From Catajapyx aquilonaris (Eukaryota): a DNA stretch of 64,000 bases. The stretch's first letter is position 1; each line of letters begins with the position of its first letter. The notes beneath the pieces are model-generated. The model had not been told where the DNA came from, ran no database searches, and saw nothing but the letters and a program-made list of their open reading frames with translations. Shown one piece after another: positions 51,601-61,900 of the stretch. Location: assembly GCA_000934665.2 (NCBI GenBank), contig KZ538532.1:1-64000 (forward strand), written 5' to 3'. Position numbers and translations under genes: made by a program.

Positions 51601-52350
51601 TCCGTGTTGGATCCGATGTCAGAGCCAGGCAGGCCAGCTCAGGTCACCTAGGCAGGTTGGAGACAGGAGAGTGGGTGGGGCAAGATGTCGGAGTGACTGT
51701 GTGAACGGACAGAGGAACATGGCTCTCTGATTGGCTTGTGGTGCCAACCTCCACCCCCCTCCACAAGAACGTGTCCCCCCACCTTCGAACATCGAACATC
51801 GGACATCGAACAGCAGACCTCTGTCTGAAGAGGGTGTCCGATCCCTCCAAGTTGGAGGGAGTGGGAGTCGGATCGACTGTGTAGAGCCCACTTAACTCCA
51901 GATATGATTAAGCGGGTTTGGCACGAGACCGAACACTACCTTTGAAAATCTGCCGAGTGACAAATAAAGCTCATATATTGAAAGAAACTAATGTGAGACC
52001 AAAATTTTAGACCTTTCTTGGCATTTCAGACCTTATATGACTAAGATATGTCCACAAGTCTTCGAGTTATAGTGCTTTAAAATACGCGTATTCTTTTTCG
52101 ATGACCCTGTACGATGATTCAGTTTGAAGGTGTTAAAAAATTGCATAAATATTTTTTGTAGGGGTTCCACAAACGTGTTCCATTACAACTAGAGGCTGAA
52201 GACCACTGGTATACACACATTCACCAGCATACGTGCGAGAAGCTGGGGCAGGCCACGCCTATGAAATCAATACCGCTCGCATCCCTTACAATATACTCAC
52301 TTTTGTAAGCTCAACACGGCCGCTTCATTGAGTATCATATTGTCGCACAT
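33683..52350 (-). CDS. d4: Zinc finger protein ubi-d4/DPF family (Requiem N-terminal domain, C2H2, tandem PHD fingers; BAF complex subunit)
   Basis: Phase-compatible exons 52350-52301, 50865-50756 ([13 protein letters not shown]...[10 protein letters not shown]), 47349-46931 (VAQNHS...[13 protein letters not shown]), 43074-42999 (EKPFSCE), 42591-42460 ([19 protein letters not shown]), ~37556-36981 (YCDFCLGD...CSDCGRSG), 33992-33880 (HPTCLQF...WQCIECKCC), 33811-33683 ([17 protein letters not shown]...WSCTLC*). Confidence 0.95.
34527..34840. mobile_element. GC-rich MITE with ~55-bp TIRs
   Basis: aagagcgcgctctaggctacgcgatccattgttgcgg mirrored by cgcaacaatggattgcgtagcctagagcgcgctctt; TA(A) flanks. 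Confidence 0.8.
35393..35631. mobile_element. Tc1-like palindromic MITE
   Basis: cagggtgttccaaattcgtgggtcattt ... aaatgacccacgaatttggaacatcctgta; ~105-bp arms. Confidence 0.75.
38337..38872. mobile_element. MITE with terminal inverted repeats (Harbinger-like)
   Basis: aggctgtttcataaattcgg ... ccgaatttatgaaacagcct. Confidence 0.7.
39392..40265. mobile_element. piggyBac-type non-autonomous element (TTAA TSD)
   Basis: TTAA-ccctgtaccgcgca ... tgtgcagtacaggg-TTAA; inner inverted repeats ~39772-39865 vs ~40032-40128. Confidence 0.7.
43242..43903. mobile_element. Long foldback element (~300-bp arms)
   Basis: aaccaaagttactcttcttaccctcctgaattttgaa...cgcgcgaatttgaata mirrored by tattcaaattcgcgcg...ttcaaaattcaggagggtaagaaaagttactttggtt. 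Confidence 0.85.
44411..44779 (+). mobile_element. tRNA-derived SINE (family B)
   Basis: Homologous to the 12971 copy; A-rich tail; near-perfect TSD aacata(a)tgtggtattc. Confidence 0.85.
45417..45580. repeat. Perfect 31-bp tandem repeat, ~5.3 copies
   Basis: Unit ttaacgacttgcataattatatttgttcatg, no spacers. Confidence 0.9.
45620..46531 (-). mobile_element. Internally deleted mariner transposon
   Basis: TIRs cgaggtgtgatcgaaaagttcccggactg / cagtccgggaactttttgatcacacctca with TA flanks; fragments [51 protein letters not shown]. Confidence 0.9.
48738..49788. mobile_element. hAT-family non-autonomous element with a nested inverted-repeat element
   Basis: TIR cagtgtttctcaacc/ggttgagaaacgctg; 8-bp TSD agttagat. 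Confidence 0.85.
49832..50133. mobile_element. Nested inverted-repeat MITE
   Basis: cagcctcccgcaactccta/taggagttgcggggggctg outside; atggtagtttaattacag..tctccg/cggagactgtaattaaactgccat inside. Confidence 0.6.
50324..50658 (+). mobile_element. tRNA-derived SINE (family A head, family-B-like tail)
   Basis: tggcgccgcggtaacg, ggttcaatccc, body as in 10789; tail tggtggtattccacccccctaaagg...gggtaatgc + A/AAT. Confidence 0.75.
51044..52111. mobile_element. Tc1/mariner-derived foldback with both ends from the transposase 3' end; nested Harbinger-like MITE at 51533-51892
   Basis: Long inverted arms with TA ends; + strand [29 protein letters not shown] and - strand FLW...EKIRHLQHL are both transposase C-termini; nested MITE has TIR agtgggctctacacagtcg and TAA TSD. 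Confidence 0.75.
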
Positions 52351-52938
52351 CCTCTCACTCTCCTGGTTAGACCGTAGTCAGCCTCTACAGCACGTTCGAA
52401 TCTACAGCAGTCAGCTGACAGGCCAATCTCTTTCAAGTCAAGGGAAAGAGCGGGACTGCAGTGTTCACTATTCCACCGCCATATTGAGAGTGAACTAGCC
52501 TCGAACCGAAAGCCGGGCAGCCCAAGGTGTAGCCGGCAGCTCCCGGATCTTACATGTGGTTGCTCCTATTTCTCAAAAGTCAGACAGGGATATTGGTGGG
52601 CACACATGTCGTGTACATTTCAACCATTGTAATTGTAAATAGACCTGGTTTGAACCACTGTAACCGGGTTTTCTGAGGGTTTATTTTGTGGGTATTCCGA
52701 CGCAGTGTACTTCCAAGGTTATTGATCCACTCTTTCTCACATATTCGGTCGCGCCCTAGCGCATCAGTAGCTATTACAATTGTGTAACTATTACAATAAT
52801 GTTGCTGGCAACAGTTTCGTGTAGCTGCTACGTGCACAGTTGGCTCATGCATGAATGCATGAAAGCTGCAGCACTATTTAAAAATGAGTTGACTGTAAAG
52901 TTGTAGCAGTACTTGACTCATAGGGGTGGTGTGCAATC
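52351..52938. promoter_or_regulatory. Probable bidirectional promoter region between d4 and the NTPDase gene
   Basis: Head-to-head coding starts ~0.6-1.5 kb apart; locally CpG-richer, repeat-free sequence. Confidence 0.5.
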
Positions 52939-55900
52939 ATGGCTGAAGTAAGTTTCAGGTCCATCGCTCGTGGTTGAAGTAGGCAAAAGTAGGTGACCTC
53001 TTGCAGAAGTGACCAATAGTTGACGATAGTACCGGAATTTGCACGTAATCTACAATGATAGTGTGGGATCATATCTTGATTATGCAACCTTTTCGATGGG
53101 GAATTGCGCAACGCTGCTTATCGAGGGCCAGCTTGATACCAAGCTGCCTTTCTCCAGTGCATTTGGATTAGTCTAGTAATTTTCGTGTGTGCTTGTAAAA
53201 GTATCGTGTTTTTCGTGCTATTTTGTATAGTCATTCTGAAATGCCTTTTGGATTTTAGTACAGCTTCTGATTTGTATGGGGAAATGTAATACCGGTATTT
53301 AAAAGGCAGTATGAAGTCCTTGATGTGCTGGATACCAGTTTGCCACAAGGCAAGATGTGTGACTATGCAGGGTAGTTCATACCTGTGCAGGTGTTTCGCA
53401 ACCTTTCCCAATAATTTTAATGACTGGTAATTTGTAAAATGTAGTTATGTCATATGGTGTGCAATGTTATGCAGAATTTGAATGCCTTCCAAATTTTGCC
53501 CGGTGCTATTTCTTGGTGGTCAATTTTGGACAACAGCTCTCCCCTCCAAAAGAAAAAAAAAAAAGGAAGGCAAAAAAAGAGCAACCCGCATGTCTCAGCA
53601 CATAGCACACATGGAACAACAAAGATACTATTTTTATATCTGGCATTATAGGCGTGGACCCAAAATAGTGCCAGTTGTGCAGCTGACCAGGAGGAAAAAC
53701 ATTATCTTATAATGGAAACCAGGCAGCGCAAAAAGGTTCCCTGCTTATCTCTCATGCTAACTCTTCTGCTTTTGTTGTTAACTACAACAGTTGCAGAAAT
53801 AGTGCAGTATTTAAATCCCTAACTTTTATATTTTTTTATTTCAGGGTGCCGAATCACCTAGAAATGTGCCTAGAAAAAATCACCAAGAGTCTAAACCGTG
53901 CAGGATGAGGTCCATTGCCCAAACAGCATTCATCATTGTCCTGTTTCTTGTTGCCCTTGTGGCTGTCAGTGTCTACTTTGAGGAATCATTGCCATCAAAA
54001 GTTTATACAAGCATGGCAAATGTGGCGTCAGGACTCCCAGCAATTTTTGGTATGGTGGACAGGCAATATGCAGTTGTTATTGATGCTGGAAGCACTGGAT
54101 CCCGAGTGCTGGCGTTCACCTTTTACAATTCCTCTGGTTAGTATTCATCGAAGCTGCATGATTATTTGAGTGGGCTTGCCTTTGCTGGAATATGAAAACT
54201 GTCAGAAGTATTGGTATTTACAGTACACAGTTAGGTTGACTACTGTCACATTGCATTCTAAATATCCTGTTGTTAAACTATTGTATATCGATGCGGAACA
54301 TAGATATCCTTCTGAATTTGTGACAGACTGACTTCTACTAGTATGCAGTGTTTTCTCTCCAGCATTATTAACAGTTCGATTACCTTGATATTGAAAGGAT
54401 CCCTTCCAGAACCGCTTTTGTTGCTGTGGGTCATAGCTTTTAGTGAAAGTTCTACCTAACAATATATGTTGCAAAAGTGAAACTCAGTTTTGCTGTGTTG
54501 GGTTTATGAGTAGTGCAAATGAGGATTTGAAATCCATGAATTTGCCATTTTTCAACTTCGTAGGAATGATTTACTGCAGTGTTTACAGTAGCCTAACGGT
54601 ACACCTGATTTTTAGGCCTTTTTCACATGGGGCCACCATGGCAGCGCTGCCAGGTCTTTGCAATGCTGCAAGTGGGGCCTTTCACACATGGTGGTTGGCA
54701 GCGCTGCCCATGCGCCGCCAGAAATGCTGGTGGCAGGCAGTGTGATTTTCGGCGCTGCCGCCTCTGCCAGCTGGCCGCGTCGCCAACGTGTTTGCATTGA
54801 ATCATATGAAGCCTTTCACACGAGATGTGACTTTTCTTGCGGCCAGCAGTGCTGGCTAATTTATGCGGCAGTGCTGCCATGGTGGCCTCGTGTGAAAATA
54901 GCCTTAGTCTCACATCATTCACTAAGCTGATGTTTAATTAAATTCGTGTACATGCAGTCACCTTGGGGACCGTCCATAAATTACGTAGACACTTTTTTCA
55001 CCCCCCCCCCCCCCTTCATTTACATGTACGGTTGTCCTGCCTCTCTCCCTCTCTCTCTCTTCCCCCCCACCTTTGACCTTGTCAATGGTTAATTGATTCA
55101 AAATCATAAGTCAGGCTACAAAAGTTCTGTATACTATTACATAACTTATACAATTGTGGCCCCTCCCCCCGATGTACACTCAGGTCCAATATATTGATGA
55201 CACCCCCGCCCCCCTCACTGTTTTTTTCCCTGTCCATGTAATTTATGGATGACTCCTTGGTCCATAGTATTGCTCCCCTGTCCACCCACACCCTTGCAGG
55301 GCTGCCACATTGTGCAAGCAGCATGGCCTCATAATCAATTTCTTTAAATGTCAGTTTTAAGAAAGTTAATGACTAAGAAAATTGGGAGTGATCTACCATT
55401 ACAGTAAAAATTCAAATTTCATGACCTTCCAATTCCCTCCCATGGCGATTTTAAAGTTGAAAAAGTTGCAAATATTGTAATGATTTTTACAACTCAGTAT
55501 AGCTAGAAACAGTTGCACTTTAATCCTGGATGGCATCCTTTTGTCCATTGCGGAAATGAACTCTGCAATTTTTATTTAGTCATTTGTAAAAAGGTGTACT
55601 CATTCCACAAGCATTAAGGTTGCACTCAGAGCACATTCAAAATTCTGAATTTACATGGTACAGTATCTCATTGCAATGGAATTTATAATTGCAAAAATAA
55701 CTTGCATTGACGCATATTTATAAATTGAGTGACTGAATGACAGCCATTTTCTTAATGTTTAATTTTGAAGGTCTGCTGGAAAAAACCTCGATGTAGCGCT
55801 CCCGCATATAACGCTTTCCCGCTTTTAACGCCCCCCTTTTTCCGGTCCCTTGACCTGCATATAACGCTACTTTTGGGCGGTCCCTTGAAGAACATTATAT

Positions 55901-58900
55901 CGAGGTTTGACTGTATTAGGTTACAGTACATGAGAAACTGCCTGCAGGTATCTTATGTCATCATTTAAATGAGAAATGTGGTGTCTAGTTGTTATACAAG
56001 GGTATTGCAAAAGTCAGCTGAGATAAATATCAATGGAAATCTCGAATACACCTGTAAGTTAAGTTGACCCTCATGTGTAATGGTAGGGTACACTTGTAAA
56101 CTCAACAGTTTATTCAGAGGTTCAATTCCTAAAGTCATCACTGACTGAGACTGATTGTATATGTAAAGGACCCATTGGGAATTGTGGCATTGAAACAGAT
56201 GTTTATGGAGATATATACTTATTGCAGACAGCTCCTCAATTTATGAAGGCTCTTGTGTGCAAGGCAACTTGTACAATGATTTCTCTGAAAAGTTTACTAG
56301 TGATTATGGGAGACCACACTTTATGAATTTATTCATGAGGTAGCACAACTTGGAATTTTGAGCAGCTTAGGGAACAATTAACGTGAAGCAGAAACCTGCC
56401 TTGGTTTTAATTTGTTAAATTAGGGAGCTGACTCTTGACTCATTGTGCATGGGACATCCACAAACAAATTATTCCCCATGTCAGTGTGAAAGGATGGATT
56501 TTGCAGTGTACCACAATGATTTGTGGAAGTGGAATATTAGATGAAAGAGTGAAACTCAGTTTTTAAGTATTTTTCTCTGGGTAGTGAAAACCCAGGCATG
56601 AAAGTTTTTAGAGTTTGCAATTTTTTTGAATTGACACACTGCAAAATCAATCCTGGAATCATGGATCCTTTGCTTTATGACCTTATACCGTATTACCTCT
56701 CATAAAGCAGCATGCCGGTGTAGTCGGGGTTGACCAGTTTTTAGAAATCCACGATCTGGTGGCAGTGGCGGATCCAGAAATTTTTTCTTGGGGGGGGGGG
56801 GGGGGGGGGAGGANNNNNNNNNNNNNNNNNNNNNNNNNNNNNNNNNNNNNNNNNNNNNNNNNNNNNNNNNNNNNNNNNNNNNNNNNNNNNNNNNNNNNNN
56901 NNNNNNNNNNNNNNNNNNNNNNNNNNNNNNNNNNNNNNNNNNNNNNNNNNNNNNGGGGGGGGCACGTTCCCCCGCCCCCCCCCCCCCCCTAAATCCGCCA
57001 CTGTCTGGTGGCTATACCGGCATTCCTTGCCTTATGCTGGTATAAGGCGAGGTTTTCACATAAGTTACATTATCCTTTCTGAACTTGAAATTTGCCTGAA
57101 AATCGAAATTCACATAAAGGCTGGAGAAAATGCACAATTTCCGAATGGTACCCGTACCATTTTCGGTATTGTTTTCAATAGCAGTGTCTGGCAATACTGT
57201 GTAAACAGTATGTAGGGGAGGCGGAGTGGTGCTGCGGTAACGTATGCGTCCACGGATGTTAAGGTCCCGGGTTCAATCCAACCCGGGGACACCCCCTTCA
57301 TCTGGCTTCGTCTCGGGTGGTATTTCCACAGACTAAACCACCTCGGGGGAGTTCACTAAAAATGGCCACGGATAAGACATTGCACTGCACCTTGCACATC
57401 CCCTCATGTCATCCTGCCTGTGGGCCCGGGCGTTACGTATAAAGGCTCCAATGTACTGTACTTGACATAATAAATAAAGGTCCGTGCTGCATACCTCAGA
57501 TGAGGTCAAGCACTACCCCGGATTATTAATTATTAATGTAAACAGTATGTTGGAGCAGGGGGGTTCCCCTGTCAAAGCAGGCTATCGATGGGATTGGTCA
57601 CACGTTCTACATTTTTTATATGCACAGTGCACCAGGACTTGCATATTCTCACAGCCTGTACACTCACCCATTTCCATTGTAACATTATTTTAGTACGGTA
57701 CCATAAGCACTGCAAAAAATTTGGCAAGGATCAAAATTACGGAAATCTACCTCGGTTATTGACGCATGCCGGCCACCACCGGGTTATACCGGCATGCTGG
57801 TCGACCTCGTTTTATACCAGCATGCCGCTTTATTTGAGGTAATACAGTATTAGCCATAAGTAAGCATTCTCTACCCTATTTTAGATCACATTTACTTTTA
57901 GAAGCATGCTGCACATTGTGCTGCAGTATCTCAACTCAGAAATACATTATTTTATGGAGATGGGGGCACTAGCTGTTCAAACTGTACATCCAGGCTCCAT
58001 GTCTCTAATACCTCAGGTATTTCTAAGATGCTCTGCTAAGTGTGCAAAGGTGGCCTTGGTACCATGTTTTGTCATATGAGACCAAGAGCTCTTGATGAGA
58101 CCTATTACACTAACAAGGGAACGGTCAGGGTCGGCAACCTCCGATTTGGTTGAAACTGGCTTGAGGGGTCATTCACGTGTGATAGACACAGTGGTGAAAG
58201 TGTTAGCTCGCACTGTCCAGCCATTTCCGAGATATGTGCGACAGTAACATCCTAATTTTGGCCGCGCGCATTTGCCGGGAGCCGCTCTGCCAGCTCCAAA
58301 TCCCTTCTACCTTGATTCCCCCCACTTTTTTCGATCCCACGCCACCATCCCCCACTCCCCCACCAATATTTTCGTGTTCCATAGTTTCTTTGCTCCGGTA
58401 TTTATTATGAGACCATCAAGCTGCTTTCTTTCGCTTCTGTCAACTGCGAATAAAAAGAGCTTCTATACCTAAAATTGAGTAATGGGGAAAACTCATAATA
58501 AATACCGGAGCAAAGAAACTAGGGAAAACGAAAATGTTGGTGGGGGAGTGGGGGATGGTGGTGTGGGATCGAAAAAAGTAGGGGAATCAAGGTAGAAGGG
58601 ATTTGGAGCTGGCAGAGCAGCTCCTGGCAAATGCGCGCGGCCAAAATTCGGATGTTACTGTCGCTCATATCTCGGAAACGGCTGGACAGTGCGAGCTAAC
58701 ACTTTCACCACTGTGTCTATCGCACATGAATGACCCCTCAAGCCAGTTTCAACCAAATCGGAGGTTGTCGACCCTGACCGTTCCCTTGTAAGAGTTCTGA
58801 GAAGTTCCTTATGAATATTATTGCATAATATAACCTCTACAGATGGCAACTTAAAGCTGGCGGATTCCTTATTTGTGGAGACGAAACCAGGATTGTCCTC

Positions 58901-61900
58901 ATTTGCATCCAAACCTGAGGAAGGTGCCAAGAGTATTGGGAAGCTTCTAGAGCATGCCAAAGGATACGTCCCACCAAGTGAATGGGGAAATACCCCTCTG
59001 GCTCTTTGGGCTACTGCTGGACTCAGGCTACTTCCAGAGAAGAAGGCTGACATGCTTCTGGATGCTGTGAGAGAGGAGTTTAGACATTCAGGGTTTATGG
59101 TGGCTGAGACATCCGTGTCCATTATGGGAGGGACAGAAGAAGGACTGTTTTCTTGGTTCACTGTCAATCTCCTCATGGGTAAGAGGTACACTTCACATTT
59201 AAAAACGGGACAATTTTTAACAGGTTCTACAGATGGTGTTGGGTGTTTGCGGGTGGTGTTGGTAATGCAGTGGATAAAGCCTTGTCCTCACTCTTTGGGC
59301 AGCAACAGCCCCCAGCAACTCCCTCTCTTTTCCCGTGCACATAGTGAGTCCCCTATCCCTGGATGTGGAGTCCCGCATACCCGGATGTGGAGCCCTGTAC
59401 CAATCGCATTCGAGGGGATTACTTCTGAACAATTCTTAACCTACCTAATTGTGAATTCCCATTCAGCCCTTGCTTGCAGTTCCACAGCACCAGCCACCCG
59501 AATGTGATTTGGACTGGACCAAATTGCATTGGGGTGGCTGGTGCTGTGGATCTGCAAATTGAAACTGAATGGAATTTGACGCTTTAGGTAAGTCCAGTAC
59601 GGTTCAGAAGTCATCCGCCTAAATGCAATTTGGTACAGGGCTCCGCATCAGGGTATGCGGGACTCCACATCCCGGGAAAGGGGACTCGCTAAGCACACGG
59701 CCTTCCCCATATGGCTTAATAGGGAGTTGCTGGGGGCTTGGCAGCAATATGCATGAACAGTCAGTACAGCCATTAGCTCTTGGTACAGCCATATCCAAGG
59801 CAATCTGAGGAAGCTAAGCACCCCATTTTCTTTCTCTCGTTGTCTCTCCCCTTCCCCCTACTTACCCCCTCTCCTCCCCAGGGAACACACCTGTCACAAG
59901 CAGGGGTGAGGGAGGGACAAAGTGGGAACAGATATCTTCTGAGAAAAGGAGATGCCTTCAGAGTGGAATCAAGGCTTAGGATCGAAAACCATATTGTTTT
60001 GTCTCGAAGAATCAGGCTGAGTGTACAGTGTACAGGAAGGCTACAATGAGATGTCCCAACAAGTACCACAATAATCTTTAGTGGAGATATTGTACCTAAT
60101 ACCATGAGATGAAAAATTGAAAGTGTATTACCAAGTGAGATAGAGAGAACCCTTGGCATGTTTGTTTGGGAGCTAATGTTTTTGATGCAAAAGATTCATA
60201 ATATAATTAGAAATATGACAACTACAAGGGTTGGATTTTAAATAGTGGCAACCCTGTCCCCTTCTGCACAGAAACGGATTGTGACTTCTGCACAATAAGG
60301 GAGATCCAGACAGATGTGGGGCTTGTTCGTGTCAAGTTTGGACCCAATTGTGCTCCTGGTGATGGTGACAGGGTAGTTCAAAAGGGCCGCATCCTCGTGC
60401 ACCGCCCTAAGCCATGGCATCGAAGTTAGAACAGTGCTCTTGGTTGAAGATGGAGGTGGTGAGGCAAGACTGTCAATGTCCAGTACTATCGCGACTTATC
60501 ATGTCTGGAGAGTAGGCAGGGTGCTCCAGTATTTATCATTGCGAACGAAGCAATAATTCTCTCACTGCCGCTGCAACATTGCAAGGCACATTGTCGTACA
60601 ACACGATATGGGTTGGTGTTTGGGTAGTACGGTCGCTTGCGTCGTATCGCTGCTCTCAGATGGTGTTCCAAGAAGTCGCGATAGTTCTGGGCATTGACAG
60701 TCCTGCCCTCAGGTACAGCATGACACAATATTTCACCAAGAGCGCTGTTCTAATTTCAATGCAATGGCTTAGGGTGGTGCACGAGGATGCTTTCCCTTTG
60801 AACTACCCTGTCACCATCACCAGTAGAACAATCGGGTCCAAACTTGACTCAAACAAGCCCCACATCTGTCTGGATCTCCCTTCTTTCGCAGAAGCAACAA
60901 CTCCATTTCTGTGCGCAAGGGGAACAGGGTTGACACTATTTCAAATCCAACCCTAGTAGAATTGCAAAAAAGCAAGCAACCTGCTTGAATTTTTTCAAGT
61001 TTTGCAACAAATGCAATATTTTTAATTTAGTAAAACCTTGTTGCCATATTGAAATCCTATTTTTTGGTTGGCTCACAAATCCCTGCTTATAATGCTTATT
61101 TGAGTCGGTCCCTTGAAAAGCACATTGAGGGTTTACTCTACTAGCTGTCTACTCACAAGACCAGGGTGTACCCAAAGTGAAGAACAACCGTTTACTCGAT
61201 ATTAAAATTTAATAGTCAGGTTTTTGAATGTTAAGAAATTAGACATATATCAACATTCAGAGGGCAATGACAATGGAAAGTAATTGAGTTTACTGAACAT
61301 ATGGGGTGGTTATGTTACGATCCTGCTATTATGCTTATCAACTAGAACTCATCACTTTTCCAGGTCGGTTTGACCAGGATGTGAAGTCGACTATGGCTGC
61401 TTTGGACTTGGGTGGTGGGTCAAACCAGATAACTTTTGCTCCAGTGGAGAAATCCACAGTTGAATCAGCTCCTGAAGGCTACATCGAAGTGGTGAATGCA
61501 TTTAAGCAAAAAATGAAGGTGTACACATTCAGCTACCTTGGACTAGGACTCATGGCTGCCAGAAAGGCCATTCTTTTGCAAGGCCAGAAGCTGGATGAAA
61601 ATAACACTGTTGCCTCCCCATGTGTACACAAGAATGCCCCAAAGATATGGCTATATGGAGGGAAGAAGTACAATGTCAGGTAACTAGTGAACCCCTAGCT
61701 GTTGGTGTCCTCACAAAAAAAGAGGTGAGAAGGGGCAGCGCCAACCCAGGGTGAGAGATCAAAGTCAGGAAATATGCATCATCTGCTCCACTGCTTCACT
61801 AACAGTGAATGTGGGTGCAACCAGAGCTACAATAGAAATGTCATGAACCAAGCTTTCTTTGGAGGAGAGAGAACAAGTCTAGATGTGCGAGGTAGTTTAC

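Larger units (their letters stand above)
56686..57849. mobile_element. pogo/Tigger-like MITE containing a nested hAT MITE (56763-57003) and a SINE (57215-57536)
   Basis: Outer TIR taccgtattacctc/gaggtaatacagta; inner cagtggcggat...atccgccactg with 8-bp TSD tctggtgg; SINE with 14-bp TSD. Confidence 0.75.
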
